Of a DNA stretch of 64,000 bases, positions 12,461 through 24,830 are shown in pieces (the stretch's first letter is position 1; every line of letters starts with the position of its first letter). Position numbers and translations under genes: made by a program. The stretch is from Camelus dromedarius (Eukaryota), in the NCBI RefSeq assembly GCF_036321535.1, contig NC_087437.1, forward strand, positions 50,408,001 to 50,472,000, read 5' to 3'. The notes under the pieces were generated by a model. It was not told the DNA's origin. It ran no database searches and was given only the letters and a program-made list of their open reading frames with translations.

Positions 12461-13709
12461 AAATTTCTTTGAAAAGCAAGTATTAGCAAAGTGTCCTTCC
12501 GTGCAGTATTGCCACCTGTACAAGGACTTTCAAATATATAGACATATGAGTGAGCGTGCCCATTTCCATCTGAGATAATTGGGCTGAAAACTGGACAAGA
12601 GCAAAGAAGGGGAAAGAGTTAAGAAAGGCGAAAGATGTCGTTAGATGAAAAGGAAGTCAAAGAGATCTTTTGTTTGTAGTTACTACTTTTTTTTTTTTCT
12701 GATTTTAAAGGTAACGTGCCCATGATAGTAAATTTGAAATACTATATAGGAAAAATATTTATGTAGTAAATGCTAGCCATATTACTTGTTATTACTGTCA
12801 AATCATTATATTGAAGATCCTGTCTGATCTGCTCCTCCCAGAAACTCTGCTTTTACTGACTCCCTTATTCATTCAGGTCTCTCTCAGAACATGCAGTGCT
12901 CCTTTCTAGTTCCAAGCCATTGCTCTTTCATCTCTAGAGTGCTCTTGCCTCTTTTTCCCAAAGTCTTTCTTATGACCATTTTTCAGGGTTGAGCCCACAG
13001 ACCTTTTGCTCCAGATCCCTCTTAACATCTCCCTGTACTAAAAATCTTTTTAGACATCTAGTCCCTTTCCCATTGTTCAGACGTGAATAGGTTGAATGCT
13101 TTCTGTTTTCCAGTTATTATTCTTGTATGCCCAAGAAGTCCGCAAACAATTGAGGACCTAGAGTAGAAAACATTAGGGAGAGAGGTACTGGGAAGAAGAA
13201 TGACTTAGAGGTAAAGGTGAAGTCAGTACAAACAAGTGGTACTGAGGGAAGAGCAGGAGAAAGAGTTGCAGTAGTCTGGGGTCCACACAGGGTAGGACAG
13301 TTCAGGAAAAATTAAGATTCTATCCCTGTCTTTTGTGTAAAGGCCTAGCAGTACCATGAATATTATAGCTACTAATTTTCAACAGAATTTTTAAAGTAGT
13401 CATTCATTCTTAATTTCTCTTTAACTTAGGAAAGAACTATTAATTCTTCGTATAATCCTCTCAGATCTTTTTAATAGTCTTCTTTTCCCATAGTAAAATA
13501 TAAGAATCCAGAGAAAATTTCTCTGAGATTTGAAAAGACTGTAAGAATGTATATGACATGTCTGAGTACCTGTTTATGTGTGTGTGTCTATAAACTGCTT
13601 TCCTATGGGCAGATCTTTACCTTCAGAGCATCATTTAAAAAAAGCATTCCTTCACTGTCACTCCTTAACAAGTTGCTGGAGAACAAAATATATTAAGAGA
13701 ACTGTGAAC

Positions 13710-13832
13710 TAGTGACTAATTTTTAATTGTTTTTCCCTTTTCTTATGACAACCAAAAATGTCTTCAGACCCAGCCAGCTGTTCCCTGGGAGGCAAAATCC
13801 CCCCCTCCCCACCCAACTTCAGAACCACTGTT
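13710..13832. mobile_element. MER20-like hAT transposon fragment
   Basis: gacaaccaaaaatgtct.cagac...ccctgggaggcaaaatc...agaaccactg resembles the MER20 end. Confidence 0.65.
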
Positions 13833-13889
13833 CTACACAGAGCAGTAAGTAGCCTAGAGCTCAGTGCTGTGCCAACTTTCCTTTGTCTG

Positions 13890-14850
13890 TACACAAGGTG
13901 AATTCATCCTTCTCATGGTTTAAATACTGCTTTTATGCTGAACTTCCAATTTTACATCTTTGGCAGTCTCTCCATGATTCAAGTAACTGCTTTCTCTACT
14001 TCTAGGTCTCATATGAATCCCAAGCTTAATATTGCTTAAAAAATACTTTTTTTGTGTCTTCTGCCAACCCATTTCCCTTCCAGTTCTTTCTGTATTAATA
14101 AATGGAACTACCTTTTACCCAACTACTCAAGCAGAAGTCTAGGAATCATCCTTGATTTCACTTCTCTCACAGCCTATGTGCAGTCACATTGATTTCAGTG
14201 TCGCTCATATCCCGAGCGTTTCTACTTCTTTCCTCCTCCACACCATGCAAATCATCACCATCTCTTTCTGGGACCATAGTAACTGCCTTCCTGCTTCTGT
14301 TTCTGTTCTTCCCTTTCCTGTTATCCATTGTCCACACAGCAGCCCAGGTGATCTTTTAAAATAAGATCTTGGACTACCTCTTGGACTGCATTTTCTACCA
14401 CCCTCCCTTTTATTCACTCTACTCCAGCCACACTGGTTTTCTTGCTTCTTCAGTCCAATTTGTTTCTGGCTTATGACTTCTGCACTTGCTGTTTCTCTGC
14501 TTGAATGCTTTTTATTCACATGGTCATGTAATTGACTCCCTCATTCATTCAGGTCTGTTCAGATATCACTGACTTGAGTAGGCCTTTCTAGCCCACTCCA
14601 GTAAAATCCCATCTCCCTCACCTTCCATCGCTTCCTGACCCCTTACTCTACATTTATTTTTCTTCATAGCACTAATCTCTACCTGAAAGTATGTATTTTT
14701 AGATTTATTTATTTTCTGTCTCCTCTGCATGTAAGCTTACTGTGTGTCAGCTCAGGAACTTTACTTATCACTGCTTTATTCCCCAAGGCCTGGAATGGTG
14801 CTTGGCATAGACTCAGTGCTCAGTTACTATTATTGAGTATTACAAATGGA
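13890..14850 (+). mobile_element. LINE-2 (degenerate, ~1 kb)
   Basis: Pyrimidine-rich L2-like phrases (ccacacagcagcc..gtgatcttttaaaa; ctccagccacactgg; gcttggcatag); approximate. Confidence 0.65.
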
Positions 14851-15014
14851 TAATGATTGATCCTTTTTTAGTTTGGAATACACGCTTGGCTTTATTAAAT
14901 AATTAGGTAACAAAATAAGTTAGAAGAAGTAATCCAGAAAATAGGCAGATTGTAATAGAAAGTGTTTTGAGCATCTGTCTCTTCTTAGCAGGGGCAGATC
15001 CAGGTTTAGTAGTC

Positions 15015-15466
15015 TGTCGACTAAAAAAACCGCCACAACCTTAAAGTTGAGAGTTATGTTTTATTTGATGGACAAAACTGAGGACTTAAGCCCAGAAGAT
15101 AGCTGCTCAGATAGCTCTGAGGGACTGCTCTGAAGAGGTGAGGGAAGCCAGGTTATATAGGAGTTTTGCAGCAAAAACCAGGTAGTTGGAACATCAAAAG
15201 ATTACTATTAATTAAAGAAAATCAGATATATCAAGTTAATGAATTTAGCATTTTTCTTTGTATGGGAAGGTGCAAGAGTCTGGGCAGATCATTCCTTTGA
15301 TATGCACCTTAACTGTCTCGAGCCAGTATCCTGCTTTTCTCCGTCCTGGCTTCCCTCAGGCTAACAGTTGGGGGTGGCTGCAGTGGCTGCCCCACTGCAT
15401 CCCAAACAAAGGATGGCCCCAAAATCCTTTGTTTACCCATATGGCAGGCAGTATTTTTCATCCACA
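15015..15466 (-). mobile_element. Solo LTR of ERV1 class (MER41-like laurasiatherian family)
   Basis: TG...CA termini, perfect 4-bp TSD AGTC (15011-15014, 15467-15470), 452 bp, reverse-strand AATAAA near 15060; family assignment from memory. Confidence 0.85.
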
Positions 15467-16149
15467 AGTCTAAACCTTACACATTTTGGCAGGCCCTTTT
15501 TTAGGGCCATACAACTGTAAATACAAACTTAAGTATATGTGAAAGTGACTGTTAGTGACATAAATAGGTCCCACTTAACCTAAGCCAATGTAATGAGTCC
15601 AACTTGACTTCTGTTTAGCCAGATTCTCAAAATTCCCTCTGCCACTTACTTCATCACCAGCTAGCTCAAGAGGAAATCAGAATGGAAGGAGTCCTCACTG
15701 ACTGATTACAATTGAAATACATTGCTAATTATACAAAGAAAAAAGGCGGGGGGTGCAATGTGAATGTGTTTTCTACAGCTCCCTCCAGGGCACTGAATGC
15801 AAGAAAGAGCCCTAAATTGTCCTCTGCGCCTAAGGAAGATACCATGTAACTAGCTCCAGTTTGCACCCAGTAAAACCAGATAACTGAGGGATAGACGTGT
15901 GTAGTTGTTCGCACTTCCAGGCAGTTTCCCTGACAGCATCAAATACCTGTCCCCATATCCCTGAAAGAAGAGACTGGCACTCTTAAGAGCTGAGTTGAGT
16001 GAGACCTCTGGTGGTTTTTCAGTATTTTCAGGTCATTTCTAGAGATGATAAAAGCAAGAAAAGTTAATACAACCTTTCTGTTCTCCTCATGACAAACTTC
16101 CCCAGATACTCTCAAATATATGAATATTAATTGATGTTTCATTGCTGAT

Positions 16150-16310
16150 GATAGTAGCTATTATTTATTGATTGATAATTGTATACCAGGCACCTTTTCC
16201 TTTTTGCATACCCTGATTCTTATAGGTACCTATAAGATTTTTCCCCATTTTACAAACGAAAAAGGTGAGCTATCGAGAGGTTAAGTAATTTGTCAAGTAA
16301 ATGCTAATTG
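16150..16310 (-). mobile_element. MIR SINE fragment
   Basis: ccccattttacaaacgaaaaa..tgag..atcgagaggttaagtaatttg. Confidence 0.6.
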
Positions 16311-16667
16311 TTAGAAATCTGTAATTAAAAAAGTCTTTAAAATTTTTTTTAAAACCGACGGTAAAGACTGTGACTACTTTGTAAAGTAAATGAACATACA
16401 CTTCTGATTGTGCTCTTATTTGTGGAAATAAAATCCTGACATTTGGAGATACCGCACTTTTAGTAAACCTTAGTAAGTTTTGGCTGTAAAGCCCATGGGA
16501 CTAGCATCTGACTGGCATTAACTTCATTTTTACATGGAATACTTGAGGATTAGTTCCACTGGCCATTATCTTTCCTTTCAGGTATTGATTTTGTATGTAT
16601 CTCTTTTTATGTGCTTTGTCTTTGCTGTGTCTAGAAATACAGTGGCAATTGATCTGCTGTGATTTCT

Positions 16668-16816
16668 TTTTATATATATACATATATATATATCTTTTTA
16701 TTAAAGTATAGTCAGTTTGCAATGTTGTGTCAATTTCTGGTGTACAGCACAATACTTCAGTCATATAAGAACATACATATATTCGTTTTCATATTCTTTT
16801 TAACCATAAGTTACTA
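16668..16816 (-). mobile_element. Very short LINE-1 3' end with (TA)n-converted tail
   Basis: Same family as 869-1059; perfect 10-bp TSD TGTGATTTCT (16658-16667, 16817-16826). Confidence 0.85.
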
Positions 16817-17192
16817 TGTGATTTCTGATTAGAAATGGTTTCAGAAAATAATTATGAATGATCAGGGTTTTGTTTATCATTTTTACTGTGTGACAGGAAT
16901 AAAGCAGTTACTAACAATTTTAACATTCTAACTAAAAACCATGTTTGCCACACAATTCCAAACCTATCTTTGGGTTTCTAATCTGATAATATTATCCAAA
17001 GAATCATTTTACATAATAATGCTTTATGGTATTTCTTCTCATAATCCTTTAACTTTGCAGTCACAGATTTCAAATGTGACTGGTGTAAATGATGCAAGTC
17101 ATTTTTAGTAAAAATAAAGTGACTTTTTGCCTCACATCTAATTTAGCATCATGTTAACACATAATACAATAATGGTTTATTCTTTGTTTTAG

Positions 17193-17258
17193 ATGTTTGG
17201 AAACTGGACATTTGGCACCTTGGTCTTCACAGTCATGGTTATTACAGTCACAGTAAAG
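17193..17258 (+). CDS. ATP11B: ATP11B exon (MFGNWTFGTLVFTVMVITVTVK)
   Basis: ttttag acceptor, AAG|gtacgg donor, 66 nt; hydrophobic TM segment. Confidence 0.96.
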
Positions 17259-17788
17259 GTACGGTATGGAAATTAGAAGCATGGGATCATTTTGTATCTG
17301 TGTAATTGTTAATTTTCTTGATTTTTTTAGCCACAGATAGTTTTCCCTTTTCCTTTTTCAGTCATGAATAATCGCTATTTTAATAATTCATTTTAGTTTC
17401 TGTCAAAAAATCCTTTTTAAAATTCAGTATTTTGGAAAGAAGCCTTAGCTGATTTTTATGGTCAAATAAAGGTTAACCCAACAATACTCATCTCTGAAAT
17501 TCTGCTTCTCTATATATAATGTAAGACAACACAAATTGGAGTTAGGCCATGGAGTTGAGAATAAAGTACTGATGAAATTTTAATGCTGCTTCCTCACAGA
17601 AGAAAATTAACCTAAACTTGAAATTGTTCAATTCCATTCTAGGATCCTTTCATTAATGTTTACCTTCTGAGGGACTTCGCCATAGGAACCTTAGTCCCTT
17701 ATAATTAATACATTTTATTCTTGAGTTTTATCTGAGAAGTTAAAGATGTATTAATTTATATTCAGGATTTTTCAATTTATTGTTTTAG

Positions 17789-17892
17789 ATGGCTTTGGAA
17801 ACTCATTTTTGGACCTGGATCAATCATCTTGTTACCTGGGGATCTATTTTATTCTATTTTGTATTTTCTTTGTTTTATGGAGGGATTCTCTG
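17789..17892 (+). CDS. ATP11B: ATP11B exon ([34 protein letters not shown])
   Basis: ttttag acceptor, TG|gtgagt donor, 104 nt. Confidence 0.97.
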
Positions 17893-19167
17893 GTGAGTGG
17901 CTAAATTATATTTTAATTATATTGATTCAACTCTAACAAATATTTATTGTGATAAATTATGAACAAATTCTGCTTAGAATAATTTTGAGACCCTATTGTG
18001 ATAAAAAATATAGTTCTTTCAGTTGATCTTACTGATATGTAGGGAAAAAGAAACTAACAATTACTTAATACTTACTACATTCTAGGTGTTTTACCTAAGA
18101 TATGACATTGATTCATCATCATAATCTTATTACCCCATTTTTTCTATTTGGAAACTGAATCCCAAGATCACAAAGGTTGAAAAGTAAGCAAAGCTGGGAT
18201 TTACTCAGTAGCGTTCTTTACACTACCAATATTACCTTTAAATTATTATTAATGTATGTAATAAAATAAGTTGCACAGAACCATTAAATTTTCATGAATG
18301 CATTAACTCCTCTCTCAATTTAAGTAAATAGTATGCTGCATCTTCATTGGTAAAAATCAGATATTCAGCTACTCTGATAGATTAAAAATTAATACCTCTT
18401 CTAAGAGTCATTGGTACGTGATGGGCAGCTAAAGTCTCTCAGTTGAAGAATTTATATTACATTTACATGCTGTGCCTGTGATCCCTGTATAAGGCAAAAA
18501 CTTAAAGGTAGGCAAAAACTTGGGTTGGCTAAACATTAATAACTTTCATTTAGGATCATATAAGGATACTCTTATGCATAGCATTTGTAATGTTTGTTTT
18601 TAATCCTCATCATTTCTTTATATATTTCCCTATATTCTTTTGAAGTGATATGTATAAAACCCCAAAAAGAGTATCCTGACAATACCTACTTGTATATAGA
18701 ACTAATATTTTTCGTGAGTGCATTTATTTTAAAATATATTTGTAGAGAAGAACTTCTAAGACCTTTTCAGCCTAAAATTTGGGTAATCAAGCTTGTAGTT
18801 GCCTAGTAGAAAATATTTTGTTACATACTTTTTATTGCTTTTATTTTCGTCTCTTAAGTCTGTATTTTACATAATTCTTTTGATATTGTACCACTAAGAA
18901 TGATCTAGTCAACTACTTGCCTTTTCCTAATTGTGAAAATTACAGTTTTCATTGAAACTAATTAAATTGGATTTTATTTTTTAACAATTAAATCTCGTCT
19001 TGTTTTGTTAGTTGATTAATTAAATTTCAGTGATTCCAAATTTTGTACATTTTCATGGTGTATTTTTAAAATTGTAACCTTCAGATATACTGGATTTACT
19101 TGATATCTTGACTTAAGAATCTGTCTTCAGTTTCTACTTTTATTAAGCCCATTTTCTTTCTTTGCAG

Positions 19168-19333
19168 GCCATTTTTGGGGTCCCAGAATATGTACTTTGT
19201 ATTTATTCAGCTCCTGTCAAGTGGTTCAGCTTGGTTTGCCATAATTCTCATGGTTGTTACATGTCTATTTCTTGATATTATGAAGAAAGTATTTGACCAA
19301 CAGGTCCATCCTACAAATATTGAAAAGGCACAG
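19168..19333 (+). CDS. ATP11B: ATP11B last transmembrane exon (PFLGSQNMYFVFIQLLSSGSAWFAIILMVVTCLFLDIMKKVFDQQVHPTNIEKAQ)
   Basis: tttgcag acceptor, CAG|gtaacc donor, 166 nt, ends in phase 0. Confidence 0.97.
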
Positions 19334-19659
19334 GTAACCTTTTTATATACAATAGCTTTTTAACTAGGAGTCTTTAATGATGAATAGCTGTCATTATAAT
19401 TTGCTTATATCAGAAGATAGGAAATTATTCCTATATTAAGTATTTCCCCTACCCTTAAAAAAACAACAAACATACAAAAAGAAATATTAGAATTTGAGTA
19501 ATACTTCTTCAGGTTATGTTATTTTCAACAAAAGTATGAAATAAGTTTTTTAACCTAATTAATTTTTACAGAATGGATTTTTAAAATATTCTCTCACTAA
19601 ACACTTACTAATAAATATTAAAGTATAATAGGTATTATCAGTATGTTATGTAGTGTTTA

Positions 19660-19850
19660 GGAATATGATCTTTAGGGCCTGGTAGTTGTCAGTTAAAATT
19701 CACTTCTACTACTGGATAGCTCTGTGACTTTAAGTCTCCATTTCCTCATGAGTAAAATTTTGACAAAAATGTCTACTTCATTACCTTTGTAATGAGTATT
19801 GAATGAAATAATATTCAGACAGAGTAGATGCTCAAGAAATGGTAGCTGTT
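19660..19850 (+). mobile_element. MIR SINE
   Basis: ctgtgactt...tctccatttcctcatgagtaaaat; approximate. Confidence 0.55.
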
Positions 19851-20279
19851 TCGTTGAATGTCTTTTTTGTATATTTGACTTGTACATAAACTAGAAATCT
19901 ATCTTAATTTGTCCTATTAACAGTGCCATAGCATTGAATATATATCCTCAAAAATATATTCTAATCAACTTTTATTTCAGCCTTTATAAACAGAGTTTAT
20001 TAATCATTTGGTTCTGCCTGGATTGTGTTTTTTTGTTTTATTTTATTTTTGCATGTTTGCTACACATCAAGCAAATTTTGTTTAAATTTTGGAAGTTTAG
20101 TTGCATGTTTATGCTACAAATAGAATAAATGCTCCCCAGGTATTTAGTAATTTGAGTTAGGCTTTCTAAATGGTGTATTGGTTTTAATTTCAGTTGATCA
20201 TATCAACATTTCTTTAACATTTATTTGCTTTAATAACTCAGTCCTAGTCAGTATACATTTTAACACCGTAGAAACAGCA

Positions 20280-20480
20280 TAGGCCTCTGAAGCCTGACAG
20301 ACTTAATTCAAATACTGTTTTAACCATTTATAAAATGTATGTCCTTGATTAAGTCACTTCCCTAAACCTCAATTTCCACTTCTGTAAAATCAGAATAATA
20401 ATTACTGCCTTACCTGATTGTTAGAAATAATGAATATAAAAACTCATCGTGGGTCGTGTGTAGTAAGTTCTCAGTAAGAA
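20280..20480 (+). mobile_element. MIR SINE
   Basis: ccttg..taagtcactt...cctcaatttcc.cttctgtaaaat..gaataata; approximate. Confidence 0.6.
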
Positions 20481-21694
20481 CATAATTTTAAGGGCGATGA
20501 GCATGTTGTTCTGTGATACTGATCTCCACATGGGGTTGAAAAAATTTGCATAATCTTGATTACTCTGTCTGCCTATAGACAAGCTTTTCCACTCTGCAAT
20601 ATATTACTTAAATATATATCAGAAAGATTTGCCTATCTTTTTTCTTATCTTCAGAGATAAATATTTATGGTAAGAGAATGCCATTTTTAATACATCGTCT
20701 ATTATACTTCTTCTAGACCATTATGGAGAACATATTTGTCTCGCCCTTTTGGCTATGTAAAGTTATATTTCACCAAAATATATTAATGACATCACTTTAA
20801 AAGCTTAATTCTTTATAAAAGTAAATAATCAGATTTGTTTGCATTTCCTTAGAAAGTCTTCTTTAGGCAGAGCATTTGCAAACTTAAGTATTTTCATAGA
20901 GATTTCTTAATGGTAATGAAAAAGTGATATTAGTTCTTATTACTGCTTTTATAGCCTCTTTTAAAGGATTACACAGGAAATATTGGATACCTTAAGGTGG
21001 TCCCTTAGATAAGAAAAAGTTAAAAGTACTTTATATATATTATGGTTCTTTTACCATTGGTTAAGTTGATAAAAAATGGAATTGATTAAAAATCAATCAT
21101 TTTTCTGTGTGTGAAAGCCAGCATAAGCTCCCTTTCTGCCCCACTAAATTCCTTTTAAATTACTTTACTGGATGTTCTACTGTGGTCTAATCTAAAGAGG
21201 AAATCTCACTTCCACTCAGGGATCTTCTAGCCTGCTAGGGGTTTTTGATTTTGGTTTTGTTTTTGTTGAAACAGTGTATGGTCATTCAAATCCCATGTGT
21301 GACATTATTCCTTTACTTTAGTCACTAATCTTTACTATTTCAGCCTTGGACTGCCACCTCTGATTTCAAATGACAAAATTGTTAGAAAGTTGTCAGCTGT
21401 TTACTTCATTTTTTACCAAAAGTAGCAAGAAAAATCCTATTAAAAGAAGAGTTGTCAGGTCAGCATTTGTTTTGAGCTTTGTTTTTCTCCAGAATAACAA
21501 TGTCGTATTAAGAGTAAATTCTTTTGATGGCAAAGCCAACAGCCCTACTAACGTCAGTCATGTATGTATATCATGTATATTTCCTACTCTTGTAGGAATA
21601 AATGTCTTTACAAAGCTTGTCCTGTGTCTGTCTCTTAAGTGATGAATACAGCTCACTGACTTGTATGTCCCATCCCTTTTCTGTCCACTTATAG

Positions 21695-21780
21695 ATGTAC
21701 TCCAACACAGTCGCTTTAAGTGATGAGTTCATCGCACTGCAGCCATTGTCGAGGGCAAGGAATCAGCTGAGCAAACTTAG
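21695..21780 (+). CDS. ATP11B: ATP11B alternative cassette exon (MYSNTVALSDEFIALQPLSRARNQLSKL)
   Basis: Branch-like CTGAC (21656-21660), long pyrimidine tract, atag acceptor, AG|gtagag donor; 86 nt, open in phase 0, ends in phase 2; higher GC and CpG than the surrounding intron. Confidence 0.75.
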
Positions 21781-24704
21781 GTAGAGTAGGAGGAGTAGAA
21801 CCTCGTTAACTCTTCTGCATGCTGAAAGTCAATTAAAAAATATTCAAAAGATGGGCAGAGGCATGGATTAAGAGTGGTGCATTTTTGTTAGCATAGCTCT
21901 GTCTCTAATTTGATCTCTATCAATATATATGTTAAAAAAAATCCATTTCTTCTTTGAGAATAAAATTCAGATGAAAATTCAGCATAACAGGACAGAGATC
22001 TGTACCTTGTTATATATTTTACATCTTAACTACCTTTCCTAGCACAATTCTTATGCTTCTGCTTGTCATATTATTCATATTTAAGAATGCTCCTGCATGT
22101 TGAGTAATTTAAGCTACAAAATTCACCATAAAATTTAAAGTTTTAAGTTTCAGTTACTTGGAAGTGAGAGTTGCCCATTTCTTTTATCTTGCCTTAATCT
22201 GTGTTGTAAATACATGTGCATATTTGTCTTTGTACACTATAATGACTGCCGGAACATTTCATACCCTGCACTGTTTAGTGCATCTATAAATTGAACAAAT
22301 ATTTTGTATTTCTTGTATATAGCTTTATCTCCACATACAGATCCATTCTCTTTCCACAAAAAATAACCAGTAGTCTAGAGATGTCTTTTGATGGGAGAGA
22401 ATGAAAGTTTAAATCCTAGAACTTTTCATATTAAAATACCGAAACTATATATTAACTTTAACTCCAGTCTGGTTTGAAGAGAAAAAGTATTACAACTTTT
22501 TTTTTTTTTTTTTTAGTTTTGGCACCCTTCAACTTCTCACCCTATCAGTATCTTGTGGATTCTTAATCATATATATTTTTTAAGTTCTTTTTTATTCTCA
22601 GAGTTTCTAATCTGCCTGTGTTCACTTGATCAAATGAATGGCTTTGACAAGCACTGCTTAAATAACCTCTTATGTAACCCTATGAGTTCATAATTTTGAG
22701 CTTTTCTAAAGTTTTACCAAACCTTTTAATTTTATTATTCCTATTAACATTGGGATTTTTGAAGTGCTTTGAATTACAAAGGTATAATAATTGTAGATGA
22801 ATATACAAATAGGTGTTTGAGAGGTAGTCAACTATATTTTATGTTTAAAGCAAGATCTAAAATCAAAACAAACCTGGAACATTTGCCTTCACCTTTTGTT
22901 GAGCCAAATATGTATATCACATTTTATCTGTATGTGCCTTTCTGAAAACAATGGGTATCACATTTTCAAACATCTAATTATTTAAGGCAATAGGAGAGCT
23001 CGTTATTTAAAAGAACACTCTGGCTAGCACTTTTGTGAAGTGAAGATTACTTGCATTATGAATAAACTCAATTTTTTTTATTATATCGTAATTTCACATA
23101 TAGTGGCTTAAATCAAGCACATTTTTTGAGCAGTAATAGACTAAAAAAGAATCAGGCAAGGAGTTCATAAATTAAGGAGATCTCACATTCTGTAATAATG
23201 TAATTAAGTAGTGAGTAAATATTTCATAGTATTCACCTGTGAAAGAGCACAATGAGAGCAGGATACATTAGTAACATAATCTTCACTGCAAGTCACTCCC
23301 CAGTCAGGTGGTGTAACAAAGGGAGAAGAGCCCTGTTGTGGAGACAGTGGGCATGGGCATGAATGTAGTGCTGTCCTTGGCACTGCTGCCTGTATGTCCT
23401 AACCAAATTAGTTCACGTCTTTGAACCTCCAGGTTCTTCACCTGTCAGATGATCATTTTACACACTGGGGTCTGTTTACTTACTGTCAGCATCAGAGAGA
23501 AACAGAAAGAAGAAATACTATGCTCAACCAAAGGCCAGGCAGAAATAACAGTGCCTAAGTGAGCAGTGAGTGACCACTGGGTGGGCATTTGTTCATAGCT
23601 GCGTGAAGAACGAGTGCCCACAAACATCCATCTGCTGATGCATCCTATGAATTTGGAGTACATCTTGTTTTTGAACTACATTGAACAGTATTCCTTGGTG
23701 TGATCCACAGTAGCTTGTTTAGTGCTGTGACAGAGAGGAAAACTGTGCATATGTCATATATCTTCAAGAACTTACAAATTGTTAATCAGGTTAGCACTTC
23801 TTAAGAACCCTTAACACAGTACTAATAACAGTTTTAAATAAAAGAAAACTCACTTTGAGTATTTTATACTCCTTTGTTATAGGCAAAACTATAATAATAA
23901 GTTATCTTTATGTAAATTTATTGTACTCTTGAAACCAAGAAATTTTCTGCTTTATTTTTCATGTATGTAAGAAATTTATCATAGCATTTATTTATAGAAA
24001 TAATTATTGATCAGTCCTGCAGCTGAGAAAATGCATAGAAATGGGGGGGGGGGGAATTGCTTTCTGTTTATTGAGGACTTTTTTTTTTTTTTAATAATTT
24101 AAGAAAGGTTAAAATTACTTCAGCTGTGGGCACATACTCCTCAGAAGGTCTCTAATACTTACAGATATAGAAAAAGCAAAGAATAGAAATTTGTATAAAT
24201 TAGTTAATACTCATTAAAAATATATATTTCAAATTAAGGATTAGAATAATTTGTTTAATTAGGCAAGTAAAGCCCCCTCCTTACCTATATGTCTAACATT
24301 TGTGAGGCTATGTGATTGACCCTTCTACTCTGCCGAAGACCAGTTTCAGTAGAGAAGCCTTCTGAGAAGGGAGCATGAGAAAAGCGAAATGAGATACACC
24401 TTTATGCTAAAAACCCTAATTCTTGGTGACAAGGAATTTGTTTAATAGAAGACACTGAGTTTTATTAACACAAACCTGGTTTTAACATAATGTTGTACAC
24501 TGGAAAATCATGGCTTTATTTTGTGCGCTCCTTGAGAAGCTACTATTAGCTCTCTTTTGTGACAGTAAATGAATGTGGTGTTGTGTGAACATTCAGTTGT
24601 GCCTTATAGATTGTGGACCCCAACTTGCTGTTTTGATTGTTAACTTATATACAGTGAGAGTATTGTTCTGTAATATGAGACTTACTGCTTTTCTGTCCTT
24701 CCAG

Positions 24705-24830
24705 ATGGAAGAAGATAAGGGTTCAGTCAGCTCAGCATATGAATTTGCTGAAAGCAAGCACAGAGGGGAGGACAGTAGGCACCTGCTAGCTGAGGCTTGC
24801 AGCCAGCAGGACAGTTCTTGCGTGCACTAG
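24705..24830 (+). CDS. ATP11B: ATP11B alternative C-terminal exon, readable in two frames
   Basis: Strong acceptor cttttctgtccttccag, TAG|gtagta donor-like site. Phase 0 gives MEEDKGS...DSSCVH* (stop 24828-24830); phase 2 gives RWKKIRVQ...RTVGTC* (stop 24787-24789). Confidence 0.65.
   Translation: MEEDKGSVSSAYEFAESKHRGEDSRHLLAEACSQQDSSCVH

Noticed and set aside
18492..18511. Short direct repeat of AGGCAAAAACTT in an intron
   Set aside because: Trivial local duplication with no sign of function.
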